From assembly GCA_041660885.1 (NCBI GenBank), contig JBAZVM010000005.1, positions 23,568 through 87,567 of the forward strand: a DNA stretch of 64,000 nt. Direction: 5' to 3'. The stretch comes from Patescibacteria group bacterium. Its GTDB lineage: Bacteria > Patescibacteriota > Patescibacteriia > UBA9570 > JAHJKD01. The stretch's first letter is position 1, and each line of letters starts with the position of its first letter. Shown here in pieces: positions 27,950-37,409 of the stretch. The position numbers and the translations under genes were made by a program. The notes beneath the pieces are model-generated. The model was not told the origin of the DNA and did no database searches. It was given only the letters and a program-made list of their open reading frames with translations.

Positions 27950-29593
27950 TTACATTTTTTCCGGAGCGGAAATGCCCATTAATTTTAAAGCATTGGCCAT
28001 CACTATTTTAGTGGCTTTTACCAAATAAAGCCGCGGCATATTCACCTCGTCATTACTCATTACCCGGCAATCCGCGTAGAATTTATGAAACTTTCTTGCC
28101 AAGTCCATGGCGTATTGCGGCAATTTATGCGTGGCATATGTTTCCCCCACTTCTTTTACCACATCCGGAAATTGCGCGAGCTGTTTTATCAAGGCAAACT
28201 CCGCCGAGTTGCTGTATTCTAATTTATCGGGAGCCGGCGTTTTTGTTTTTGGAATTTTCGCCAAGATGCTGCAGATTCTGGCGTGCGCGTATTGGCAGTA
28301 ATAGACGGGATTCTGCTCGCTTTTCTTTTTCGCCAAGTTCAGATCGAAATCCATGTGCGAATTTATTTCATACATTAAGAAAAACCAGCGCACCACGTCT
28401 ATCCCCACTTCGTCTACCAGTTCTTCCAAGGTTACGAAATTGCCCTTACGCTTAGACATGCGTATTTCCTTCCCGTTCAGCATCAAACGTACCAATTGGT
28501 ACAAAATGATATCCACGCGCCCATCAAAGCCCAAGGCCTTGCTGGCCGCCATTACGCGCGGCACGTCTCCGTGGTGGTCGCAACCCCAAATCATTAACAC
28601 TTTATCGAACTTTCTTAATTTCAAACGATTATGCAAATATAAAATGTCGCTGAAAAAATAAGTGGGATCCCCTTCTTTTTTTACGATGACGCGGTCTTTG
28701 TCGTCTTTATATAAAGTAGAGCGAAACCACCAAGCGTTTTCGTTTTTATAAATTAAATTATTCTCTTCCAAAAACTTCCAGATATTTTCTTTCAATTTTC
28801 CTTCATAAAGAGATTTCTCCGAAAACCATTTATCAAATTTCACTTGGCATTTTTCTTCCACCACTCTCTTGATGTTTTCTATCATTTGGGAAAGCGCCCA
28901 TTCTTTAATTTCTTCCCGCACTTTCTTAATTTCCGAAGCATTGGATAATTTAAAATCTTTCAGCTTTATTTTCTTGGCCAAGTCTTTTATATAATCTCCG
29001 CGGTATAAATCTTCCGGGTAATCTATTTTTACGCCCTGCTCTTGCAGATAGCGGCGGATTACGGATTCTCCCAAAGTGTCTATCTGCTTGCCGCGATCAT
29101 TGATAAGATATTCGCTTTTGGCTTTGTATCCGGAAAAATTAAAAACATTAATCAAGCAATTTCCGGTAAAAGCGCCGCGGCCGTTGCCCACGGTTAAAGG
29201 CCCGGTGGGATTGGCGGAAATAAATTCCACTTGAATTTTCTTGTTCTGCCCGCTATTGTTTTTGCCATAATTATTTTTGGCAAGAATTATTTCGTTTACT
29301 TCTTCGGCTAAAAAATCGGCTTTTACGAAAAAGTTGATAAAACCCGGCGGCACTATTTCTATCTTTTCAAAACAATCATCTTCAATATACATGCGCAGTT
29401 CCGTGGCAATGCTCATGGGGTTTTGTTTCGCGATTGGCGCCAAACGCATGGCAATATTGGAAGAAAAATCCCCAAATTTAACGCTCTTGGGATATTCCAC
29501 GGTAAATTCCAAAGAAGAAATATTACCTAAATGGTTTATTTCTTTATATTTATTCCAAGCTTGTTCTAATAAAAAATATATTTTATCTATCAT
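27950..29593 (-). CDS. argS: arginine--tRNA ligase
   Basis: 547 aa. SANPTGPLTVGNGRG (HIGH-like region), DHHGDVPRV, and the C-terminal DALR anticodon-binding pattern. Confidence 0.95.
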   Translation of the reverse strand: MIDKIYFLLEQAWNKYKEINHLGNISSLEFTVEYPKSVKFGDFSSNIAMRLAPIAKQNPMSIATELRMYIEDDCFEKIEIVPPGFINFFVKADFLAEEVNEIILAKNNYGKNNSGQNKKIQVEFISANPTGPLTVGNGRGAFTGNCLINVFNFSGYKAKSEYLINDRGKQIDTLGESVIRRYLQEQGVKIDYPEDLYRGDYIKDLAKKIKLKDFKLSNASEIKKVREEIKEWALSQMIENIKRVVEEKCQVKFDKWFSEKSLYEGKLKENIWKFLEENNLIYKNENAWWFRSTLYKDDKDRVIVKKEGDPTYFFSDILYLHNRLKLRKFDKVLMIWGCDHHGDVPRVMAASKALGFDGRVDIILYQLVRLMLNGKEIRMSKRKGNFVTLEELVDEVGIDVVRWFFLMYEINSHMDFDLNLAKKKSEQNPVYYCQYAHARICSILAKIPKTKTPAPDKLEYSNSAEFALIKQLAQFPDVVKEVGETYATHKLPQYAMDLARKFHKFYADCRVMSNDEVNMPRLYLVKATKIVMANALKLMGISAPEKM

Positions 29594-29598
29594 AAAAT

Positions 29599-32493
29599 CT
29601 ATTTTGCCGCCATGTCTGCTTCTTCTTCACCTTTTGAGCGATAGCGAGGTATAGAATCCGGATTAATATTTTTTGCTTTTTCTAAAATACGCGCGCTCCA
29701 TTGTTTGGATAAAGATGCCACAGGCGTTTCAGCATCAGGCCGGTCAAAAGTGAATAATCCCAATTCCCCTTTCTCGTTCATTTTAAAAATATAGCTGCCT
29801 AATTTCTCTTTAGGAAGACCTTTTTTGGCATTTTGCGGCATAAGCGGCAATTCAGATAGCAACGCGTTTTTAATTTCTTTATTTCTTATATCCGCGGTTA
29901 ATTCTTCTTCCATGCCCATAACTACGGCCGGTTCAGCTTCAGTACCAATATCATCTTTTCTCTCGGCTCCAGTATTCCGTGCTACCGGCGAAGTAAATCT
30001 TTTAGTCGGTTCTTTGTCAGCCGCTTGTACTTGTTCCGGCGTCATACCCCCGCCATCCGATCCATCATCGTCCAACGATTGATCCTTTTCAGGTTCAGGT
30101 ACGCCAGTATCAACGGTTTCTGTACCAGCTTCAGTAACAGGCTTAACTTCGGCAGATGCTTCCATTACAGGTCTTTCTTGAAGTGCTTCTGGTTTTGTAT
30201 TTTTAGCTTCAGAAAGCGCAAAAGATATATTATGAGTTTCGGCATTAATATTTTTTGCATTTAATGTTTCCACAACTTGGCTGGCAAGTTCATTTTCCCG
30301 CTGTCCATAAGCTTTTAGCTGGTTGTCATCTGGCGTGGCTTTATTTTGTTCAGATACTCTTTGTTTTTTTACATCTTCCATTTTCGCGGCCAGGGGGTAT
30401 ATCTTATTCAATGATACCGTTAAAGCTCGGCCTTCAGCTCGAAACCAATCTGTAAGTTGTTTTTGTGCTTCCAAATAACGAGCATCTTGCACTTCCTGCG
30501 ATTCATTTTCCGGCCGGCCGGCTTGCTCCCACATTTCATAAGCTCTTTTTTTAATTAATTCTCCGCTGTCTAATTCCTTTTTGCCTTCAAGGTGTTTATC
30601 TATTTTCTGATGGAATTGGGCAAAAGAAGCTTCCACTTGAGCACGTAAATCGGCATTGCTTTCATGGATCGAATCCATCAACTCATTTCTGACTCTTACG
30701 CTTTGCAAAATTGTAGTTACTTCAACTGTATTCCTATATTCTTCATATTTTTTATTATTTTCAATTATCCTTAAAGCGTGTTCCCGCTCATTCTTATCAG
30801 TGATAGACTCAATTATCCTTAAAGCTTTTTTTTCATTACCCCTCATGGCACAAAGAACCGCTATAGTACCAATATTTCGTTGAGCTCTTTTTTCGTCTTT
30901 GGTTCGAGCGATTTCTAAAGCTTTATCCACGTCTCCCGAAGCGACGACTTCCTCAATAATATAACGGATGGCGATGTGTCTGTCTGTTTCATCTGTTATC
31001 TCTTGGCTACTTTTCAAGGCTTCATCTAAATTTCCATTCTCTTTGAATTTATCACGAATAGACTGAGCCTGCCATTTTGTTTCTTCTGGCACTTCTTCAT
31101 CCTGCGGCGGGTAAGGAGGAAAATCCGGGTGCCCTTCTGCGAAAGCAGGCTTTGGAGGGGTTGCTTGCTCTACCGCTTCTGAATTACTAGTATTGCGGCC
31201 CTCCTTGATAGCGCCTGTAACAGCGTCCATATCTATATTGCTGAAAAATTTACCAGGATTCCAAGCAGGCTCTTCTGCTTGCACATCTTCTTTTTTTTGG
31301 GATTGTGTGTCAGGTATTTCAAACTGTTGGGCGTTAACGGCCGCATTAAAATCCTCTTTTGGCAAAATACTGGCAATGGGCACTCTATCCTGGCCGTCTA
31401 TCTGCATTGGCTTTCCCTCTTCATCAACAATACTTATAGTGCCATCATCAAACATTTCGCCTATTTTCGCTTTCACTGTTTTACCTTCAACGGAAAGTTT
31501 CAAAGGTTGCCCTTCTCTTATCGTTGGCGCTTGGAAACGCTCGTTTTTAACATTGGCGCGCATACCATCCATAGTTCGTAATTTGGAAAAAAGCTCCATT
31601 TTTCTTTCCATTTTTTTTAATTTATCGCCAGTTCCAAAAGTTAAAGAAGTGGGTTGCGTTTCCATGCTTGTCATTAGTGCCTCGGCTTCCGGTCCACCGG
31701 CATATAAAGTGCGCATATCTTCTCTGGATAATCCTAATTCTTTTTGAATATCTGCCAATACTTGTTCTCTTTCGCTTTCCACGGTTTTTAAATTTTCCTG
31801 CTGGTTACGATAAAAAGCTTCCTCATGAGGAGAGGAAGTTGTGTCCGGACGATTAACAGTATTTCTTCTGCCAATTTCCATGGAAACGTCATCAAACTGC
31901 TTCTTCAACATTTCTAATTTTGCTTGTTCCTCACTATTCAAATTAAGCTCCACTTCATGAGGCAAATTAATGTCTATATCCGGTCTATTCTCTCTTCGCG
32001 CCAAATCATTCATTGCTTGCTTAGCACTTTCATATATATTATTTAAAGATTCTCTATCATATCTGCTATAATCAACAGATTCTCCGGTTTCGGATTGTCC
32101 TGCTTGAAAAAAAGCTTCAGCCGCTTCTTGTGCTGCTTTAGTTTCTTGATATTCTTTTTGTGGTTCCGCGGGAGTTGCCGTTTCTTGACGACTAAAAAAA
32201 CTTTTCAAAGCTGCTCTAACGGATTCTCCGGCTCGTTTTAACATAGCCCTAAAATCTTTTACCTCTTCAACTTCTTCCTCTTGTAAACTTCCATCACCTT
32301 CTATACTTTTGCCAGTTATATCTGCTTGTTCTCCTAAAAGATTTATTTGGCTTTCCGCTGCTGCTGCTTCTTCTCCAGGAGTTAGCGGTTTTGGTGTCTT
32401 CTCTACTGAAGCGCCTTCGCCTTCTTGATTATCTGTTTGTTTATATCCTAATCTATTTTCTGGAGATATTACATTCATATTTTTTGAATTCAA
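29599..32493 (-). CDS. large acidic, low-complexity/coiled-coil protein (964 aa)
   Basis: No signal peptide, very E/D/Q/K rich. Internal segment KRAYEMWEQAGRPENESQEVQDARYLEAQKQL resembles the DUF2934 motif. Helical-repeat stretch DKALEIAR...KKALRIIESI...EHALRIIEN. Confidence 0.75.
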   Translation of the reverse strand: MNSKNMNVISPENRLGYKQTDNQEGEGASVEKTPKPLTPGEEAAAAESQINLLGEQADITGKSIEGDGSLQEEEVEEVKDFRAMLKRAGESVRAALKSFFSRQETATPAEPQKEYQETKAAQEAAEAFFQAGQSETGESVDYSRYDRESLNNIYESAKQAMNDLARRENRPDIDINLPHEVELNLNSEEQAKLEMLKKQFDDVSMEIGRRNTVNRPDTTSSPHEEAFYRNQQENLKTVESEREQVLADIQKELGLSREDMRTLYAGGPEAEALMTSMETQPTSLTFGTGDKLKKMERKMELFSKLRTMDGMRANVKNERFQAPTIREGQPLKLSVEGKTVKAKIGEMFDDGTISIVDEEGKPMQIDGQDRVPIASILPKEDFNAAVNAQQFEIPDTQSQKKEDVQAEEPAWNPGKFFSNIDMDAVTGAIKEGRNTSNSEAVEQATPPKPAFAEGHPDFPPYPPQDEEVPEETKWQAQSIRDKFKENGNLDEALKSSQEITDETDRHIAIRYIIEEVVASGDVDKALEIARTKDEKRAQRNIGTIAVLCAMRGNEKKALRIIESITDKNEREHALRIIENNKKYEEYRNTVEVTTILQSVRVRNELMDSIHESNADLRAQVEASFAQFHQKIDKHLEGKKELDSGELIKKRAYEMWEQAGRPENESQEVQDARYLEAQKQLTDWFRAEGRALTVSLNKIYPLAAKMEDVKKQRVSEQNKATPDDNQLKAYGQRENELASQVVETLNAKNINAETHNISFALSEAKNTKPEALQERPVMEASAEVKPVTEAGTETVDTGVPEPEKDQSLDDDGSDGGGMTPEQVQAADKEPTKRFTSPVARNTGAERKDDIGTEAEPAVVMGMEEELTADIRNKEIKNALLSELPLMPQNAKKGLPKEKLGSYIFKMNEKGELGLFTFDRPDAETPVASLSKQWSARILEKAKNINPDSIPRYRSKGEEEADMAAK

Positions 32494-32497
32494 TTAT

Positions 32498-32737
32498 CTA
32501 AGAATCTTTAATTTGTTTATACAATTTGGCTATTTGTTCATTCTTTGTGCGTTCTAAAGCTTTTTCCAGTATTTGATGTTCTGCCTGCGTAAGTTGAGCC
32601 ACAATATTCTTATATTTAGCCAATAATTCATTGATCAATTTTATTTTATCTTTGTTCCCTAAAGCTGATACTTCGCCGGCGTTTAAATGCTCGATCTCGG
32701 CTATTTCTTCGTTTATTTTTGTTATTATATTATTCAT
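32498..32737 (-). CDS. small coiled-coil protein (79 aa)
   Basis: Heptad-like sequence. First gene of the run that continues into the 964-aa ORF and argS. Confidence 0.55.
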   Translation of the reverse strand: MNNIITKINEEIAEIEHLNAGEVSALGNKDKIKLINELLAKYKNIVAQLTQAEHQILEKALERTKNEQIAKLYKQIKDS

Positions 32738-32799
32738 GTGATTTATTATATAATTATTCCCGCTTTATTTCAACCCATAATTGTGTTATGCTTTTTTCC

Positions 32800-33246
32800 A
32801 TGCCGACTCTAGCCACAAACAAGGAAGCCCGCTTCAACTATGATATCCTCGACGAACACGAGGCCGGCTTGGTATTAACCGGCGCGGAAACGAAATCCGT
32901 GAAGCAAAGTCACATTAGCTTAAGGGGGGCGTATGTAACGCATCAGAATAACGAGCTTTGGTTGAAAAACTGCTATATCGCCAGTTATCAAGAAAAAAAT
33001 CAGCCCCATTATGAAGACAGGCGCTTACGCAAGCTTTTGTTAAAGCGCAAAGAAATCGACTCTTTAATGGGAAAAATGAAACAACAAGGCTTGACATTGC
33101 TCCCCCTAAATGTGTATACTAAAAAAGCTTTAATTAAGGTTAAAGTGGGTTTGGCCAAGGGCCGCAAGAAGTACGATAAGCGCCAAATCATTAAAAAAAG
33201 AGAAGCTGATCGCAAGATCAACAGAGCTTTGCGGCAAAAAACATAG
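32800..33246 (+). CDS. smpB: SsrA-binding protein SmpB
   Basis: NKEARFNYDILDEHEAGLVLTGAETKSVK. Start trimmed to ATG 32800 (MPTLATNK). Confidence 0.93.
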   Translation: MPTLATNKEARFNYDILDEHEAGLVLTGAETKSVKQSHISLRGAYVTHQNNELWLKNCYIASYQEKNQPHYEDRRLRKLLLKRKEIDSLMGKMKQQGLTLLPLNVYTKKALIKVKVGLAKGRKKYDKRQIIKKREADRKINRALRQKT

Positions 33247-33630
33247 GGGGATGTTTATAATCGATAGAAGACGTTCCTTAATAATCTTCCAAGCCAAGCG
33301 CCGGACTTGTAAACTGGCAAATTATAAGTGCAAACTTATTCAATTCAGCTAAGGAAAAAGTGAGAGCTTTCGCTCAAAGCTTTGCTTTAGCTCCTTCTGT
33401 CGCCTAATTCGCGACAGCATCCGATTTTCTTTCGCCTCAAAGGAAAAACCCGGGTGTAAAAATCGAGGCTTATTTCCGGTTTTGCCTAGAATCGGATTGA
33501 AATCATCAGGCTCGGCTTTATAATTTTTCGTTTGTTTTCAAGTTATAAAGCTTAAATATTAAGCAAAATACGCTTGGTAAACGATTATTCTGGTTTCTTC
33601 TAGACGCGGGCGTAATACCCGCCATCTCCA
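33247..33630 (+). ncRNA. ssrA: tmRNA (SsrA)
   Basis: 5' GGGGATG pairs with 3' CATCTCC (33623..33629), including a G3:U wobble. T-arm GCGGG-cgtaata-CCCGC, discriminator A at 33630, CCA not encoded. Internal tag frame GCA AAC ... GCC TAA (33330..33407). Immediately follows smpB. Confidence 0.85.
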
Positions 33631-33678
33631 CACGAACTTATCTAAAAACAAATTTCAAATAATAAAAGCGAGTTAATA

Positions 33679-34206
33679 ATTAACAAAAAAAATATAGCTA
33701 AATTTTTTCGCAAAAATCATCAAATAAAAGTTCCGGAAGTACGCTTGATCGGAGAACAAGGCGAACAATTCGGAGTTGTTTCCACTTCCGAAGCCTTGCA
33801 TCAAGCCAATGAATCGGGGTTGGACCTGGTAGAAGTAAACCCCACTGGCGAGCCGCCGGTTTGCAAGCTAGTAGACTTCGGCAAAATGCAGTACGAGCAA
33901 GAGAAAAAAGAAAGAAAGCAAAAAGCCAAGCAAAAAAGAATTGAAATCAAAGGCATTCGCCTTTCCGTGGCTATAGCCGACAACGACATGCAAATTCGCG
34001 TGAAGCAAGCGGAAAAATTCTTAAGCAAAGGCGATAAAGTGCAAATCATGTTGCAGCTGCGCGGACGGGAAAAAGCCCATCCGGATAAAGCCTACGATGT
34101 TATCAACGAATACATGAAGCTTCTGCCAAAAGATAAGATGAACTTGGAAGCGCCCATCAAAAGGCAAGGCGGAAGATTCACCTGTTTAATCGGACCAAAA
34201 AACTAA
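33679..34206 (+). CDS. infC: translation initiation factor IF-3 (non-AUG start)
   Basis: The frame is open upstream of the track start and encodes NHQIKVPEVRLIGEQGEQ, the conserved IF-3 N-terminal motif. There is no ATG/GTG upstream. Candidate starts are ATT 33679 (chosen), ATA 33676/33694 and ATT 33652. Confidence 0.85.
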   Translation: MNKKNIAKFFRKNHQIKVPEVRLIGEQGEQFGVVSTSEALHQANESGLDLVEVNPTGEPPVCKLVDFGKMQYEQEKKERKQKAKQKRIEIKGIRLSVAIADNDMQIRVKQAEKFLSKGDKVQIMLQLRGREKAHPDKAYDVINEYMKLLPKDKMNLEAPIKRQGGRFTCLIGPKN

Positions 34207-34226
34207 ATAATTCATTATCAAATAAT

Positions 34227-34418
34227 ATGCCGAAATTAAAGACGAAAAAAGTAATCAGCAAAAGAATCAAAAAAAGCAAAAGAAAATATATGCTGGTCGC
34301 CTGCGGACAAGACCATTTCAACGCCCGCCAAAGCGGCAAGAACAGGCGCAACAAAAGAAGAAATAATTCTTTGCATAAAAGTTTGTTGCATAACGTAAAG
34401 AAAGCTTTAGGAGAATAA
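34227..34418 (+). CDS. rpmI: 50S ribosomal protein L35
   Basis: MPKLKTKKVISKRIKKSK..., 63 aa, very basic, in the infC-rpmI-rplT order. Confidence 0.93.
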   Translation: MPKLKTKKVISKRIKKSKRKYMLVACGQDHFNARQSGKNRRNKRRNNSLHKSLLHNVKKALGE

Positions 34419-34443
34419 CTAATAATTATAAATTTAAATTTCT

Positions 34444-34788
34444 ATGTCACGCGTAAAAAGAGGAGTACATCACGTTAAAAGAAGAAAAAATCTGCTCAAG
34501 AGAGCAAAAGGTTTCAGGGGGATTCGGAGAGTTACTATTCGCATGGCCAGAACGGCCGTAACCAAAGCCGGCGCGCACGCCCTAATGGGACGACGCAAAA
34601 AAAAGAGAGATTTTAGAAATCTTTGGACTATCAAATTAAACGCCGCAGCCAGGGAGCACGGCTTAAGCTACAGCCAACTGATACACAAGCTAAAAGTGAA
34701 AAAAATAGACTTAGACCGAAAAGTGCTGGCTGATTTGGCTGTAAACCACCCGCAAATTTTCGCTAAAATTGTCGAAAGCGTTAAATAA
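34444..34788 (+). CDS. rplT: 50S ribosomal protein L20
   Basis: MSRVKRGVHHVKRRKNLLKRAKGFRG. 114 aa. Confidence 0.95.
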   Translation: MSRVKRGVHHVKRRKNLLKRAKGFRGIRRVTIRMARTAVTKAGAHALMGRRKKKRDFRNLWTIKLNAAAREHGLSYSQLIHKLKVKKIDLDRKVLADLAVNHPQIFAKIVESVK

Positions 34789-35771
34789 TGCCCTCTAGGC
34801 TAAAAACATTCGCCTTAAAAATCAACAAGCATCTTTATCCGGAGGAAATCTTTGTTATACTGTTTTTTTTCTTATTTGGCATTTTCTTCTTGCTGCAAAA
34901 TTGGCAAATTATTTTTTGGGATAAAACTTTAACCTTTACCACCATCAACCGTATTATGTTTCCCATGGTGGTATTTTTTGTTCTCACGCTTTTTAAAGAA
35001 GCTTTTTTACCGGGAAAAATACATAAAAAAATCGTCGGCCTCGCATTTAATGCCGCGCGCATCTGGCTGCTTCTATACATGGCCTTGATTGTGCACATGA
35101 ATTTAAAAATCAAAGTGCCTTTTATAAACCCGAATTTGTTTGACGAGTTTTATTATAATTTTGATCTGACTTTCAGTTTTTTGCTTTCCCCTATCTTTTA
35201 TTTCCGCGATTGGGTGCAGCAATATATTGATCTCGGCCCGCTTTATACTTGGGGTTATGAGACGTTATTTTTGGTAACTTTCGTTTTACTTTACCTTACT
35301 AATAAAAAAGCTTTTCGCCGCATGTTTTTCGCCACTATTTTAATTTTACTGGTGGGAGGAGTTAGCTACAGTTTCTTTCCGGCTATCGGTCCATTTTATT
35401 ACAGCCCGAGCCATTCTTTGTACAGCAAAGAAGTGCAGGAAATCATGCTGCAAAAATACGAGCTTTATAAAAATAGCGGAGGTGCCCTTTATTCTCCGGC
35501 TTATCTTATTCAGGGCATCGCGGCCATGCCTTCATTGCATACAGCCAATACTTTCGCTTTTTTGTATTTTATCTTCAGATATTTAAGAAGGTACTCTTTA
35601 ATCTATATCCCCGTTTTCTTATATATTATAATTGATGCCATTTACACTAAATATCATTATTCATTAGATATCGTCTTCGGTATAATACTCGCCGCCATCT
35701 GTATTTATTTCGCTGAAGTGATATATGCCAAAAGGGAAAGGCATCTAGACAAGAGCCCGGTTTTAGTTTAA
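34788..35771 (+). CDS. PAP2-superfamily membrane enzyme (Aur1/IPC-synthase-like PAP2_3 type)
   Basis: Polytopic. MPSLHTANTF and KYHYSLDIVFG match the SxH / HYxxD PAP2 C2-C3 motifs. Its ATG shares one nucleotide with the rplT stop (TAATG). Confidence 0.7.
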   Translation: MPSRLKTFALKINKHLYPEEIFVILFFFLFGIFFLLQNWQIIFWDKTLTFTTINRIMFPMVVFFVLTLFKEAFLPGKIHKKIVGLAFNAARIWLLLYMALIVHMNLKIKVPFINPNLFDEFYYNFDLTFSFLLSPIFYFRDWVQQYIDLGPLYTWGYETLFLVTFVLLYLTNKKAFRRMFFATILILLVGGVSYSFFPAIGPFYYSPSHSLYSKEVQEIMLQKYELYKNSGGALYSPAYLIQGIAAMPSLHTANTFAFLYFIFRYLRRYSLIYIPVFLYIIIDAIYTKYHYSLDIVFGIILAAICIYFAEVIYAKRERHLDKSPVLV

Positions 35772-35791
35772 TATATTTTTGTGTCTAATAA

Positions 35792-35870
35792 GGGGGCGTA
35801 GCTCAGTTTTGGTTAGAGCGTCGCACTGTCACTGCGAAGGTCGCGGGTTCGAGTCCCGTCGCTCCCGCCA
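35792..35870 (+). tRNA. tRNA-Asp (GTC)
   Basis: Manual fold: acceptor GGGGGCG/CGCTCCC, D-arm GCTC..GAGC, anticodon stem TCGCA/TGCGA with loop CTGTCAC, T-arm GCGGG-TTCGAGT-CCCGT, discriminator G. CCA is encoded. Confidence 0.9.
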
Positions 35871-35875
35871 TTTAT

Positions 35876-37408
35876 ATGGCCATAAAAAAAGTTGTTCTAT
35901 TATCCATCTTTGTTCTATTATTTTCATTTAGCGCGCGAGCGGAAACCGCCACCAATTGGCCGGTAGATTTTGCTAATCCCCAAACTTTGTTAAGCTCGGC
36001 TTTTGGCCCGCGCTTAAAAGCATCGGAAGATTACCGCTACGATTATCATCGCGGCATAGACATTCCCGGTGAAACCACGGATGAAGCCATATCCATTAAA
36101 GACGGTACGGTTTACCGCATTTACGCGGAAGGAGACCCGGATTCCACTTACCCCAACAGCGGCAATATCGTTATCGTGAAACACCAATTTGATGAGCCCT
36201 ATTCTTTCCATGGCATATCGCATACTATTTATTATTCTTTATACGCGCATTTATCTAGCTTTGCCGAGGGCTTGGAAGAAGGAGACACGGTTACAGCCGG
36301 CCAAACCGTGGGCTATATCGGTAAAAGCGGAACAACCGATTTTTTGCATCTTCATTTTGAAATACGCGTGGGCACCACTTGCTCCATGGAAATTGAATGC
36401 AACCATGGATACGACCCGCATATTAATCCCTTGAATTTTTTACCTTATACGCAAGAAAACGAAGCCACAGGATCGGCTAGCGTCAGCGGTGCGGATGTTC
36501 TTACTTCCATAACTATTCCATACGATGAGTTAGATTTAAATTCTTTTCGCGTGCGCACTTATAACAGCAATGACACGCTCTTGCAAAACAAACTGCTAAA
36601 TTTCGACACAAGAGAAGGTTCAGACCCCTCCTCTGATGAAACGCTAGACCAGCAAGAATATAATAATATTTATATTGATCCGGAAATTTTTACTTCATCA
36701 AGCGAAGAGGAAACCATGAATGTCACTTTTGAAAATACTATTTTTGATAATGTGCGAAGAGTTAATATACAAATAAAAGATATAAACGGTAATACCTTGT
36801 TCAGTGATGATATATATATTAGTTCCGAAGGGGTAGTAGTGGAAGAACCGGAGCCAGAACCTGATCCGTATGATCCGGAAAACGGAGAAACCGATCCTTT
36901 ATACGGAATTATTACGAATATAGATAAACAAGAAGAAAATCTATTAATCACCTATGAAGACGGCACCGAGCATATTATTACTCCGTTTATCAATAACGCG
37001 GATTTTGCATACCAATTAAGCACGGATAAATATCGTTTGCTGACAACCAACGGTAAATTTATCCGCGTATTTAAAAACAGCGTAAAGGTAGACCAAAAAA
37101 AAATACATAAAAAATATTTGCCAAAACGATCATATAAAATGAAAGTGGCTAATTTTTATTCCGCATACGATAATGTTATTTTCGCTAGCAAAAAACAAAC
37201 AACGGGAAAAATTGCCGTCTTTCGTTTGGATAGCGCAGACCAACTGATAAAAAGACAAATTAGAAACACTTTATTTCATCTGGGAAAGCTGAATCGACTT
37301 AAAATTATTCTGGATAAAAAAAGATTTAAAGTTATCGTGCGAAAAAATCATTTAAATTACAATTACGTTTGGCGTATTCGCGCTAATGGCACGCTAATAA
37401 AAAAATAA
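35876..37408 (+). CDS. secreted M23 (LytM-type) peptidase with Lys-rich C-terminal module
   Basis: Signal peptide. YHRGIDI and FLHLHFEI metal-binding motifs. The C-terminal 156 aa are homologous to the tail of the 17837..20056 product. Confidence 0.85.
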   Translation: MAIKKVVLLSIFVLLFSFSARAETATNWPVDFANPQTLLSSAFGPRLKASEDYRYDYHRGIDIPGETTDEAISIKDGTVYRIYAEGDPDSTYPNSGNIVIVKHQFDEPYSFHGISHTIYYSLYAHLSSFAEGLEEGDTVTAGQTVGYIGKSGTTDFLHLHFEIRVGTTCSMEIECNHGYDPHINPLNFLPYTQENEATGSASVSGADVLTSITIPYDELDLNSFRVRTYNSNDTLLQNKLLNFDTREGSDPSSDETLDQQEYNNIYIDPEIFTSSSEEETMNVTFENTIFDNVRRVNIQIKDINGNTLFSDDIYISSEGVVVEEPEPEPDPYDPENGETDPLYGIITNIDKQEENLLITYEDGTEHIITPFINNADFAYQLSTDKYRLLTTNGKFIRVFKNSVKVDQKKIHKKYLPKRSYKMKVANFYSAYDNVIFASKKQTTGKIAVFRLDSADQLIKRQIRNTLFHLGKLNRLKIILDKKRFKVIVRKNHLNYNYVWRIRANGTLIKK

Positions 37409-37409
37409 T

